From a virus (Duplodnaviria > Caudoviricetes): a stretch of 25,447 bases of DNA. Position numbers and translations under genes: made by a program. The notes below the pieces were generated by a model. It saw only the letters and a program-made list of their open reading frames with translations, was not told the DNA's origin and did not search any database. Each line of letters begins with the position of its first letter. The first letter of the stretch is position 1. This document shows, piece by piece, positions 8,786 through 17,240 of this stretch. Location of the stretch: IMG/VR virus record IMGVR_UViG_3300020235_000430, positions 1 to 25,447 of that record. One strand, given 5' to 3'.

Positions 8786-9316
8786 TTATGTAGAGGCCAC
8801 AACAGATTCGCGGACGTTCTCGAACTCAAGCTCCACCTGCTCCAGGATGAGATCGCCAGCAGCGAGCCCGCCCTCAACGCTCACCATGACCTGGAACCAG
8901 GCACCCCGCATCGCCGTCCTAAGCCTCTCGTTCGCAGTGTCAGGGTAAGGCAACGACAGCCCGATCTCAAACCGCTCAGTCACCCGCTCCGCTCCACCCA
9001 CGAGGCTGAGGGTGAGTCGTTCATCGACGACTCCGGCGTACCCAGGGGGAATCGCCCCGGCAGTCCCGTCGAGGGTCACGAAGTCGATGATGGGCGTGAT
9101 GATGAGATCCACCGTCATGTCGAAGGTGACGGTGAGGTAGATGTTCTTGAAGATGGCCTCGCCGCTCGCGCCCGCAGGAGCGATGGGATCTGACTTCGCG
9201 AGCACGTCCACCAGGACCGCGCCGTCACCGTCCACGAAGCCCTCACCCCACTCCAGGATGTTGGCGTCGGAATCCACTCCTCCGAAGAAGAGCGTCGGGG
9301 TGGGCGTGCCGGTCAT
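8786..9316 (-). CDS. Stand-alone C-terminal part of a tail nozzle / DNA-stabilisation protein
   Basis: LFFG...G..D.G start and terminal RGAWFQV.V......L.LEQVELEF pattern resemble the C-terminal beta region of P22 gp10 / T7 gp12-like proteins; ATGA overlap. Confidence 0.55.
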   Translation of the reverse strand: MTGTPTPTLFFGGVDSDANILEWGEGFVDGDGAVLVDVLAKSDPIAPAGASGEAIFKNIYLTVTFDMTVDLIITPIIDFVTLDGTAGAIPPGYAGVVDERLTLSLVGGAERVTERFEIGLSLPYPDTANERLRTAMRGAWFQVMVSVEGGLAAGDLILEQVELEFENVRESVVAST

Positions 9317-9362
9317 TCCTTATCTCCGATGAGACCTTCGCGGTAGTCCGGCGTGCCGGTCA
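9303..9362. repeat. 13-bp direct repeat GGCGTGCCGGTCA (9303-9315 and 9350-9362)
   Basis: Read directly; encodes (V)TGTP near the end of the 759-aa ORF and (M)TGTP at the start of the 176-aa ORF. Confidence 0.9.
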
Positions 9363-11592
9363 CTCGCGCCCAGTAGGAGGTGTAGATCGTGCCGAAGCAC
9401 GTCACCTCGTGACGCAGGCCCACGCGGACGGTGTCGGTCTCTTCGGGTGCGGGAACGCCACCGAGCACGCTCACGCCGCCTGCGGTGATGAAGGGGTTCT
9501 CGCGCTCACCCGCTGTCCCCGTCATCCAGTCATCGGAGGCGGGGGTCACGTCCATGTTGTTCGTGTAGGCCAGCGTGTAGTGGTTTGCAGGCGCTGCCGT
9601 TGGTCCGGGGCACAGCGTTCGTCCAGGCGCGTTAGCGTTGATCCAGTCGAGGGTGATGAAGACGGAATCGCCGTCCATGTTCGCGTTCCAGTCGTCGCCT
9701 GGCGCGTCGGGTCCACCCCAGCAGTCGAGGGACGGGCTGAACGCGACCGCACCCACGAAGCGGAAGCGATAGCGGTTCCACTGCGCGTTGTTGGCGAAGT
9801 CGGCGTCTTCGTAGCTCGTGGTGCCCGCCGCGACCGTGGCGAGGGCCACGAACCCACCGAAGGCTTGCTTGCCCCCGCTATCGGGTGGCCCCACCCCACC
9901 AGCGAGCGCCTGGGTCCCGGTGTTGCCCTCGTCCGCGCGGGCTCGTTCGATCTCGATCTCCAAGCCCTCGGCACCTACCGGGATGACCCATTCGACGGTG
10001 ATCCTGGACGCCGCCCCCGAGATCACCTCCCAGACGCCGTTGTTCTCACCAGACCGGAAGACCGGCAGGGGCACGGCCTCGTCAGTCACGAACGTCGCCT
10101 GCCCCCGGAACGCGGCAGAGTCCCAGTTGTCGGCGTCCCCAGCGTTGCCGGTCCAGTCCACGATTCCAGGCACCACGGCAGGCGTGGTCCCCGACGCTCC
10201 CCGGAAGGCCCGCAGCGAGAGCTTGTAGGGGGTGTTCGGAGTGAGCCCTTCGATGTCCGTGGTCTGGCCAGCACCGCCCGACGAGGCCACCGACTTCTTC
10301 AGCACGTAAGTCGCGCCTGCGTCCTCCGACAGGTATATCTGGATGACCGCTGCGGCGGTGTCCCCGATGTTGTCCCACGTCAGGGTGGCCGCGATGGACT
10401 CCTCTCCGACCTTCGGCACGGCAGAGCCCAGCGTGATGTCCGGGTACCCCGTGGGAGCGACACCACCGGACCCACTCTCCGTCGTGAACAACTGCGCGCC
10501 CACCTGCGCCGTCTCACCGAGTTCGTAGTACGACCAGCGCGGCTTCGACGGGTTGCGGATCGAGAGGGCGTAGACCCGGCGGCCCCAGACGAAGAGGACG
10601 ACCCGGCTCTTCGCGTCGTACTGTGCGAACGCATCGTGGACATCTGACTCAGCGACCAGCGTGGTCGGGTCCGGGCCTTCGATGTCGAGGGGGGTGGCGA
10701 TGTCTGTGGACGCCTGGTTCCCGGTGATGACCCTGGGGCCCTGGTTGCTCCAGAAGAACACCTGGTTCCCCACCGAGACCGCGAGCCGGTGCCCCACGCA
10801 TCCGAAGAGCACGTCCACCGGGCGCATCCCGAACGTGTCCGGGGAGTACCCGAAGAGTTCGTAGGTCTCCGTCTCCTTGAAGACGATCAGCGACGTACCC
10901 GCAGTCCTGCAAACCGTGATGCGCTCCGCCCGCTGCCCAACCTCGAAGAACGCGAAGTCCTGGAACGTGACCGGGTCGCCGGAGTTCGAGATGCGGAGCA
11001 CGTCGGGCCGGTTCGGGTCGGTGGCGTTCCCGTACCCCCAACCGACTATGTACGTCAGGTGGCGGGTGATGCCTCGGAAGAGCACGTCGGCGTCCCCCTC
11101 GCCGTCGAGGTCCGCCTGCAAAGTGCTGATCGTGATGCCGAACGGATCGTACACCTTCGTGGGGACCCGCCCGCCCAGGTTCGGCTCGTCGTGGGCGATC
11201 AGCATCTTCGAGTCCGACTCCGCCATGACGAGGCTGGGCACCGCGTAGAGCCACCCGTTGTTCAGGACGCTCACGTCTGCAAGCAGGCCCACCGCACTGG
11301 GGTTCGTGCCGTCGATGGCGAGGATGTTCAGCCAGAGTTCCTCGGTCGCCGTCTGGTACCCGACTGCAAGCGCCGCCTGCTGCGAGCGGAGAGCCTCCAG
11401 GCCCACCACCTGGTCGATGTCGATGGGGTCGTCGTTCACCAGGACGGAGGTCTGCGTCATCCCCTTCCTGATCTCCGCCTTGCCCTCGTAGAGGAAGACG
11501 TTCCTGAGATCCTCGAAGCTCACAGGGAGCCGGACCATGACCCCATCGGACCGTTGCAGGCCCGTCCCGTAGGGGAGGACGACTACGGGCAT
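9313..11592 (-). CDS. Tail nozzle (P22 gp10 / T7 gp12-like) N-terminal part fused to FN3-like domains
   Basis: Beta-propeller-like blocks LRISNSGDP, LIVFKE, FGCVGHR, VFFWSNQG, RWSYY in the first ~365 aa; then LTW...Y...GLTPNTPYKLSLRA and ITVEW...IERA...TTSYED...YRFR FN3-like signatures. Confidence 0.7.
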   Translation of the reverse strand: MPVVVLPYGTGLQRSDGVMVRLPVSFEDLRNVFLYEGKAEIRKGMTQTSVLVNDDPIDIDQVVGLEALRSQQAALAVGYQTATEELWLNILAIDGTNPSAVGLLADVSVLNNGWLYAVPSLVMAESDSKMLIAHDEPNLGGRVPTKVYDPFGITISTLQADLDGEGDADVLFRGITRHLTYIVGWGYGNATDPNRPDVLRISNSGDPVTFQDFAFFEVGQRAERITVCRTAGTSLIVFKETETYELFGYSPDTFGMRPVDVLFGCVGHRLAVSVGNQVFFWSNQGPRVITGNQASTDIATPLDIEGPDPTTLVAESDVHDAFAQYDAKSRVVLFVWGRRVYALSIRNPSKPRWSYYELGETAQVGAQLFTTESGSGGVAPTGYPDITLGSAVPKVGEESIAATLTWDNIGDTAAAVIQIYLSEDAGATYVLKKSVASSGGAGQTTDIEGLTPNTPYKLSLRAFRGASGTTPAVVPGIVDWTGNAGDADNWDSAAFRGQATFVTDEAVPLPVFRSGENNGVWEVISGAASRITVEWVIPVGAEGLEIEIERARADEGNTGTQALAGGVGPPDSGGKQAFGGFVALATVAAGTTSYEDADFANNAQWNRYRFRFVGAVAFSPSLDCWGGPDAPGDDWNANMDGDSVFITLDWINANAPGRTLCPGPTAAPANHYTLAYTNNMDVTPASDDWMTGTAGERENPFITAGGVSVLGGVPAPEETDTVRVGLRHEVTCFGTIYTSYWARVTGTPDYREGLIGDKE

Positions 11593-11870
11593 CAGCAGGC
11601 CCCGCAGCCTTGGGTGGCGAACTCGAACGATCCGGGCTCCGGCTCCGTGTTAGCTGCCAGCGTCGTGAAGGCCGTGGCCACCCCAGGCCCCGTGTTCGAT
11701 CCGTCGTCGAAGAAGTAGGTCGCACGGATGATGTAGTCCGTGCCGACGAGCAGGCCGATGGCGTCGTACTGCGTGAGGTACGTCGAGGTGAAGTCCTGGA
11801 TGACGGGCGTCAGGAAGCCGGTGTCGGCTGCAAGCGTGACCTCCCACAGAGTGGCGACGTGAGCGAGCAT
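11592..11870 (-). CDS. Small virion protein with a partial FN3-like domain
   Basis: H.AT.WEV...D.GF..PV...LT....GL..GT.Y..RA.Y pattern; TGATG overlaps at both ends. Confidence 0.6.
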   Translation of the reverse strand: MLAHVATLWEVTLAADTGFLTPVIQDFTSTYLTQYDAIGLLVGTDYIIRATYFFDDGSNTGPGVATAFTTLAANTEPEPGSFEFATQGCGAC

Positions 11871-12745
11871 CAGAACAACTCCACTGGGGTGCCCTCAGCC
11901 CCAACCCACGTCCCCTGCAAGTTGCGGATAATGACATCGGGGGGGATGGCCGAAGCGTCTTGATCGAACGTCTCGTCCGGGAGCGGCGGCGGCGTCGAGA
12001 ACGTGGGGTCCGTGCTGAACGACAGGAACGAGATCCGCCTGTCCGAGATTTGGGTCGGGCCGATAGTGGACCTGACCCAGCCGAGCACCGAGTTGACGGC
12101 CTGGACGAGCGCCGCATCGTCGCCCGCGCTGATCTCGTCGATGTCCCAGACGGTGGGCACCGCAGGCGGCGTGTCGAAGTCTGAGAACGTGAAGTTGAGG
12201 CGGAACCGGGCGTTCGCGCCTGCGGCCTCCAGCCGGAACCGCACCCAGAAGTAGAACGGGTCGAAGCCTCCGCCAGGAGTGCCCAGGTTGATCTCGACCG
12301 TCTGGCCATCAGCCTGACCTCCGCCACCGATCAGGGTTCCTCCGTTCATCCGAACCGAGTTGTTGAACGTGGTGAATATGGCGAAGTCGGAGTCATCGAA
12401 GTTTCCCGCGTTCAGCGAGAACGGACCCGTACCGAACCTCATCCTGATGCCGCTGCCACCCGCCGTCTCGACGTAGCCACGGGCCAGGACCTCGAAGGGC
12501 ACGCCGACGAAGTTATCGAACCCGTCGATGCCCATGTGGGCGGCGTTGGTCTCGACCTGCTGAATGACGATGCCCTCACCGGCTCCGCTCTCGTCCAACA
12601 CGAAGGTGTTGCCTGTGCCGCCATAGGCTGTGATGCCCACAGGCCAGCCCACGCCTACGTCGCCAGCGAACTCGCGGAAGTCGGTCGCACCGATGAAGAC
12701 CCCAGGGGCGATCTCTCTCGGGATACCTGAACGGACAGCAGCCAT
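11870..12745 (-). CDS. Putative tail-associated beta-rich protein (291 aa)
   Basis: Gly/Phe/Thr-rich, beta-strand-like sequence located between adaptor and nozzle genes; TGATG overlaps. Confidence 0.6.
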   Translation of the reverse strand: MAAVRSGIPREIAPGVFIGATDFREFAGDVGVGWPVGITAYGGTGNTFVLDESGAGEGIVIQQVETNAAHMGIDGFDNFVGVPFEVLARGYVETAGGSGIRMRFGTGPFSLNAGNFDDSDFAIFTTFNNSVRMNGGTLIGGGGQADGQTVEINLGTPGGGFDPFYFWVRFRLEAAGANARFRLNFTFSDFDTPPAVPTVWDIDEISAGDDAALVQAVNSVLGWVRSTIGPTQISDRRISFLSFSTDPTFSTPPPLPDETFDQDASAIPPDVIIRNLQGTWVGAEGTPVELF

Positions 12746-13443
12746 CAGACTCTCTGACCTCCCACCACGCTGCCGAATCGCGAGACCTGGCCGCCAGCGT
12801 AGTCAGCGACTTCAGCCATGAACGTGCCACTCATCTCCTCAACGTCGCTCGCGAGCACTGCAAGCGCGGCGGTCTTCACTTCCGGCTCCATGCCGACCGT
12901 CATCTTGAGGAGGAAGGTCGTGAGGTCGTAGACCAGAAGCTCCTGGTAGACGCTGGGGAGTTCGGAGGTCTCGGTGCCGTCCATCGGAAGCGCCCTGTCC
13001 GCAGGGCGACGACCGTAGTAGATGCAGACGCTGCTCACGTCGTCCATGTCCCCGCAGATGGCGTGCAGCACGAACCCCCGGAGCGTCATCCGGGGCGCGA
13101 GCCCAGCCTCGGGATCGTTGTGCGGGACGATGGCGACCTCGTCTCCCCGGACCAGCGTAGGGTGGGACCCTGGGTTCTGGATCTCGACGCGGGTGACTCC
13201 TGCGGTCGGATCCACGGCGGACCCCTCCTGGTCCAGGCTCCCCATGTTCACGTCGCCGTTGGCGTCGAGGGCACCGACCGTGTTCGCTCCGAAGTAGTCG
13301 GGGTTGACCCTGTTCGCCTGGCTGAAGATGGTCTGCTCTTTCACCTGGATGCGGCGGTACAGGACGGGTCCGGTGCTGGGGAAGTCCGCCCCGAAGTCCA
13401 TCGCCCGCGAGCGCCCCTCGGTGATGATCTCGTCGAACGTCAT
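12745..13443 (-). CDS. Head-tail adaptor / tail ring protein, paralog 3
   Basis: N-terminal MTFDEII helix, central beta region, Y.RRP, then LPSVYQELLVY helix; this is the layout of podophage adaptor (tail tubular A-like) proteins. Confidence 0.65.
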   Translation of the reverse strand: MTFDEIITEGRSRAMDFGADFPSTGPVLYRRIQVKEQTIFSQANRVNPDYFGANTVGALDANGDVNMGSLDQEGSAVDPTAGVTRVEIQNPGSHPTLVRGDEVAIVPHNDPEAGLAPRMTLRGFVLHAICGDMDDVSSVCIYYGRRPADRALPMDGTETSELPSVYQELLVYDLTTFLLKMTVGMEPEVKTAALAVLASDVEEMSGTFMAEVADYAGGQVSRFGSVVGGQRV

Positions 13444-14126
13444 CAGGCTCCTCCAGTGAGCATCGGCAGCAGCGTGTTCACGTTGATGTGCCTGCGGTGG
13501 CCGAAACGGCGGTGGAGGTTTGCAGTCGAGTGCGTGAGGTAGGACGCGAACCTCTGAGCCCAGGCGTTGCGGTCCTGCTTCAGCGCGGCGGCCTCGTCCC
13601 CGCGCCCATCCTTCAGCGCCAGGAAGATCGCGACCTCCAGGATGAGGAGTTCGTCGTAGTCCTCCTGCCAGTCTGAATCCAGCACCCCGGCCACTCCGCC
13701 TGGCGCTGGGTCGTCAGGACGCTTCGAGTACCAGAACGTCAGGGTGTCTGTCGCGCCCGGAGGGGCCGTCTGGCCGGCGAAGGCGAAGAAGTCACCCCCG
13801 AACTCGTACACGGTGGGCTTCGGCTCCTCGCAGAGCCTGTCGTCGTAGGGCACGACGATGACTTCTGCAAACACATCGTTCTCGATCCTGATGATCGCCT
13901 CGGCGGACTCGGGGCGCTCCCAGACGCTGGCCACACCCACCACGTCCGCCGTCTCTGCAAAGTGGATCGGGTTCACCTCGGCGGCGAAGTTGTACAGCCC
14001 CCGCAGGAGTCGCGTGACCAGGCCGGTAAGCTCCACGGCCTCGTTCGCGATGGTGCCCGGCTGGTTCTTCGATGACTTCGCGTAGGCCCCGTCGAGGATG
14101 TCCTGCACGGTGGTGGTGACGGCCAT
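13443..14126 (-). CDS. Head-tail adaptor / tail ring protein, paralog 2
   Basis: TTVQDIL start, W.RP....II.I, TLTFWYSKRP, then EDYDELLILEVA.FLALKDG helix. Confidence 0.7.
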   Translation of the reverse strand: MAVTTTVQDILDGAYAKSSKNQPGTIANEAVELTGLVTRLLRGLYNFAAEVNPIHFAETADVVGVASVWERPESAEAIIRIENDVFAEVIVVPYDDRLCEEPKPTVYEFGGDFFAFAGQTAPPGATDTLTFWYSKRPDDPAPGGVAGVLDSDWQEDYDELLILEVAIFLALKDGRGDEAAALKQDRNAWAQRFASYLTHSTANLHRRFGHRRHINVNTLLPMLTGGA

Positions 14127-15307
14127 CAGAAGCCTCCAGGAAAGACATCGACGGTGACGAAGGTCTCAGCCGCACCCTGCTGGGCGATGGCATCCCAGAC
14201 GCCCTGGATCATCTCCGTGCCGATCAGGATGCTGGCGGCGTCCTTGGCCCTCGCCGCCATGATCTTCACCATCGCTCCCACGTAGGCGTCGTGCGCGAAG
14301 TTCGGCAGCAGCAGACGCTGGTCGGGGTCGTTGATCTCGGCGGGCGTCAGGACGAGCCTGAAGACGAGCGAACCGAACCCGGCCCACGTCGCCGCCACGC
14401 CGGAGAGGAAGAGCTTCTTGCCCTGGGTGTAGAGGAGGCGGTCGGAGGAGTAGTCCCCTGGGCGATGCCGGACTCCCAGGTTCACCATCTCGATCTCCTG
14501 GCCCTCGTTCCTCTGGTTCTCGTTGATGAGGGTCGCGCCCGGTAGCAGGAACGTGTACGCGGGCAGTGTGATGCCTTCCTCGAAGGCGGTGTCGGAGCCG
14601 TCGCCCAGGGGGAGGATGACGGTGAACGTGCTCGCCAGCATCGACGGGCGGATCATGGCGATGTAGCTGGTCGCCTCCTTCTCGAACGAGGAGACGGCCC
14701 GCATCAGGACCGCGTCCGGGTGGGCCCGCTTCTCGAAGGCGGGGCTCCAGTCCCGAGCCTCGACCATCAACTCCCGCGCGGTCAGGCTCCCAAGCTGACA
14801 GCGCGTCAGGATCTGGGCCGGGACGCAGGCTTCGACCTCGATCCAGGAGCAGGTGCCCACGATGGCATCCACCCCGTTGGGTGTCATCTCCAGGTACACT
14901 CCGAAGACGCTGCTGTCGCCCGCCCAGTCGGTGTAGTTGAAGACGACCTCGACCTCTACGAAGTCAGTCGAGTCGAAGCCCACGATGCTGCGGACGAACG
15001 TGAGAGCCGGGTTGGATCCCAGCAGGCTTGCAGCCGGGGCCAGACCGATTCGGACCTCGTCCGGGGAGACGGTCGGTGCCGCGCTCCACGCCAGCCTCAT
15101 ACGGACCTTGATCGTGCCCGTCGCCCCGACTGGGATCCCCAGGTCTGCAAGCGCGAGGGCCACCTGGGGATCCTCGGCACCCGGAGTCAGCCCGGTGATG
15201 AACGTCGAGTCGTCCGGGTCTACAGAGTTGACTTCCGAGAACAGGGGGGCCGTGGTCCACCCAGGTGCCGGGAAGGTCGCGATGTCCGCTGTGGGTCTGA
15301 CCAGCAT
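14126..15307 (-). CDS. Head-tail adaptor / tail ring protein, paralog 1, with an extra N-terminal beta domain
   Basis: Adaptor-like portion starts near LTARELM and ends LLPNFAHDAYVGAMV; preceded by ~165 aa of acidic beta-rich sequence. Confidence 0.55.
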   Translation of the reverse strand: MLVRPTADIATFPAPGWTTAPLFSEVNSVDPDDSTFITGLTPGAEDPQVALALADLGIPVGATGTIKVRMRLAWSAAPTVSPDEVRIGLAPAASLLGSNPALTFVRSIVGFDSTDFVEVEVVFNYTDWAGDSSVFGVYLEMTPNGVDAIVGTCSWIEVEACVPAQILTRCQLGSLTARELMVEARDWSPAFEKRAHPDAVLMRAVSSFEKEATSYIAMIRPSMLASTFTVILPLGDGSDTAFEEGITLPAYTFLLPGATLINENQRNEGQEIEMVNLGVRHRPGDYSSDRLLYTQGKKLFLSGVAATWAGFGSLVFRLVLTPAEINDPDQRLLLPNFAHDAYVGAMVKIMAARAKDAASILIGTEMIQGVWDAIAQQGAAETFVTVDVFPGGF

Positions 15308-15322
15308 GGTGCCCCCTGATCG

Positions 15323-15778
15323 TTAGCCCTTCAGAAGTCCCTGGATCTCCTCGACCTCTTCCTCGTCGTGCTCGTGCTCCAGGGCGTGGGCCAGGAACAG
15401 CCGGAGGGCTCCCTTCCTGGGACCACCCGCCCGCGTCTTCTCGGCAGCGAAGAGCGTACCGAAGAATCCGGGGTTGCCCACGAGGGCCTCACCGAGTTCA
15501 TCCAGGTTCGCCGTGACCGGGGCCTCGACGGTCTCGATCTCTCCACCCGACGCCTTCCTCGACGCCTCTGCCTTGTCGGGGGCGGCCCGTCGCTCCGCCA
15601 TCTTCTTCGCGGTGCTCTCCGGGTCGTACCCATCCTCCACCTCCTTGGCCAACTCGTGCCTCCGTGCAAGCACCGCACCGATGACCCTGCTACCGAACCT
15701 CCGGGTGTGGTGCTTCTTCTCGACCTGGGCCATGGCGGCCCGTTCCTTCCCGACCACCCGCGCTCCGAACTTGCTCAT
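15323..15778 (-). CDS. Hypothetical protein (151 aa)
   Basis: ATGA-coupled, GC3-rich codons; short internal peptide repeat KFGARVVG / RFGSRVIG. Confidence 0.75.
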   Translation of the reverse strand: MSKFGARVVGKERAAMAQVEKKHHTRRFGSRVIGAVLARRHELAKEVEDGYDPESTAKKMAERRAAPDKAEASRKASGGEIETVEAPVTANLDELGEALVGNPGFFGTLFAAEKTRAGGPRKGALRLFLAHALEHEHDEEEVEEIQGLLKG

Positions 15779-16299
15779 GAGATGTCTGCTCCTACCGTGA
15801 CTGGGGCCGGGTTGCCCCGGACGATCCGCCTGAAGAGGTACCGCTCGTCGTAGTGCTTGTCAGCGACCAGCTTCGCCGCGTTCCTGGCGGCACGAGTCTC
15901 CTCTGCAACCCCTTCGATGGCCTCGCGGGTCTTCTCATCCGCGCCCTCGTACTTCTCGAACATGTAGCAAGCGTACCGGATCTCCTCGATGACCGCACCC
16001 CAGTCCTCGTTGCCACGGAACTGGTAGCGACCGATGAGACCGAAGCCCTGCGACTCCAGGAGGGAGTTGCGGATCAGGGGCCAGTGCTTCTCTTTCGTGA
16101 ACCCCAGCTTCTCCCACCTCGCGAGAGCCTCCCGCCCGCGCCGTACACGAGGTGCGTACTCCGCCACGCGCCCGACAGCCCACCAGGCTGGCCCGATCCC
16201 CACGACTTCGAGTCGCGGGTCGATCTCCCGGAGGCGCTCGAAGACCCACTGTGGGGCCACCTCGCACTCCTCCGGGAGGTCTACGAGCCGCTGGATCAC
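15775..16299 (-). CDS. Hypothetical protein (174 aa)
   Basis: GTGA overlap with the upstream stop and ATGA overlap downstream; GC3-rich codons. Confidence 0.75.
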   Translation of the reverse strand: MIQRLVDLPEECEVAPQWVFERLREIDPRLEVVGIGPAWWAVGRVAEYAPRVRRGREALARWEKLGFTKEKHWPLIRNSLLESQGFGLIGRYQFRGNEDWGAVIEEIRYACYMFEKYEGADEKTREAIEGVAEETRAARNAAKLVADKHYDERYLFRRIVRGNPAPVTVGADIS

Positions 16300-17162
16300 G
16301 GCGTGTACTGCGGCCTGGTCTGAGTCACCGACAAGTCACCGCGACCCTCACCCTGGACGGGCGACGGGCGGTACTCAGCCTGCAAAGTCCCCTCGGTCGA
16401 GACTGCCGCGCCATCGCTCCTTGCAGAGACGACCAGAAGGTCCGTGTCTCCACGCCCGTCGAGCACCCGCATCCCAGCCGGGTCCTTGATGGTGAGCCCG
16501 GTCAACAAGGCGTTCGCCGCCTGCGGATCCGTGCCCACGACCAGGGCAGCGTTGAGGCCACCCAGATCGAACGTGTTGAAGTTGGCCACGATGCCGTCGT
16601 TCGTGTTCGTCGTGCCCGCAGTGAAGTCACCACCAACCGCTTCGAGCGTCAGGATGCCGATGACACCCTCGGAGCCATCACCGACCACCTGGGGACACGC
16701 ACGGAGCGCGTCTTCCTCGGTGGCGAAGGCCATGATTCCAGAAGGCGCGATGGTGATAATGGTCTGGCCCGAGTCGATGGTGACGAGCCACACTCCCCAC
16801 GTACCGTCGAGCACAACCTCGGTGCCCGAGAACGCCTGGGCCGCCGTGGCCGCGAGACGGGTGAGCACCCCGACAAGGTTCTGCCAGAGAGCTTCGATGG
16901 CGAAGGTGACGGCAGCAGCCACAGCGAACTGCGGGCTCCCCACCACCCCGTTGTCCTGGACCGCCTTGGCCCGAAGGTTGATGTCCGCCGTGGCGATGAC
17001 ACGAGCGTAGGCGGAAAGGTCCGAGACCCGGTAGTTGTAGCGGGGCTGCTTCACGTAGATGGGCTCGTCCTCATCTGCGTTCGCAGGGTCCGCGATGACC
17101 GCGTTGGCGGCCTTCTTCAGAAGCTCCGCGTCCCGGTGAACATTCCTGTCCTGAATGGCCAT
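16296..17162 (-). CDS. Putative capsid decoration / minor head protein
   Basis: Directly downstream of the capsid gene; Ala/Thr/Gly/Val-rich. Start moved to ATG 17162 because of a strong AGGAGG RBS just upstream. Confidence 0.6.
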   Translation of the reverse strand: MAIQDRNVHRDAELLKKAANAVIADPANADEDEPIYVKQPRYNYRVSDLSAYARVIATADINLRAKAVQDNGVVGSPQFAVAAAVTFAIEALWQNLVGVLTRLAATAAQAFSGTEVVLDGTWGVWLVTIDSGQTIITIAPSGIMAFATEEDALRACPQVVGDGSEGVIGILTLEAVGGDFTAGTTNTNDGIVANFNTFDLGGLNAALVVGTDPQAANALLTGLTIKDPAGMRVLDGRGDTDLLVVSARSDGAAVSTEGTLQAEYRPSPVQGEGRGDLSVTQTRPQYTP

Positions 17163-17196
17163 GGTGGCCTCCTGCTGAGGTTGACATAGATGTGGA

Positions 17197-17222
17197 CCTG
17201 GGGGGCTCACCGGCCCCCCAGG
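17197..17222 (-). terminator. GC-rich hairpin downstream of the major capsid gene (attenuator or mRNA stabiliser)
   Basis: Perfect 10-bp inverted repeat CCTGGGGGGC / GCCCCCCAGG with a 6-nt loop; no U-tract follows. Confidence 0.55.
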
Positions 17223-17240
17223 CTACCCACCGGCTGTCGA

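Noticed and set aside
17181-17210. Perfect TTGACA hexamer on the + strand
   Set aside because: No -10-like element at 16-18 nt spacing, and it points antisense to the operon.
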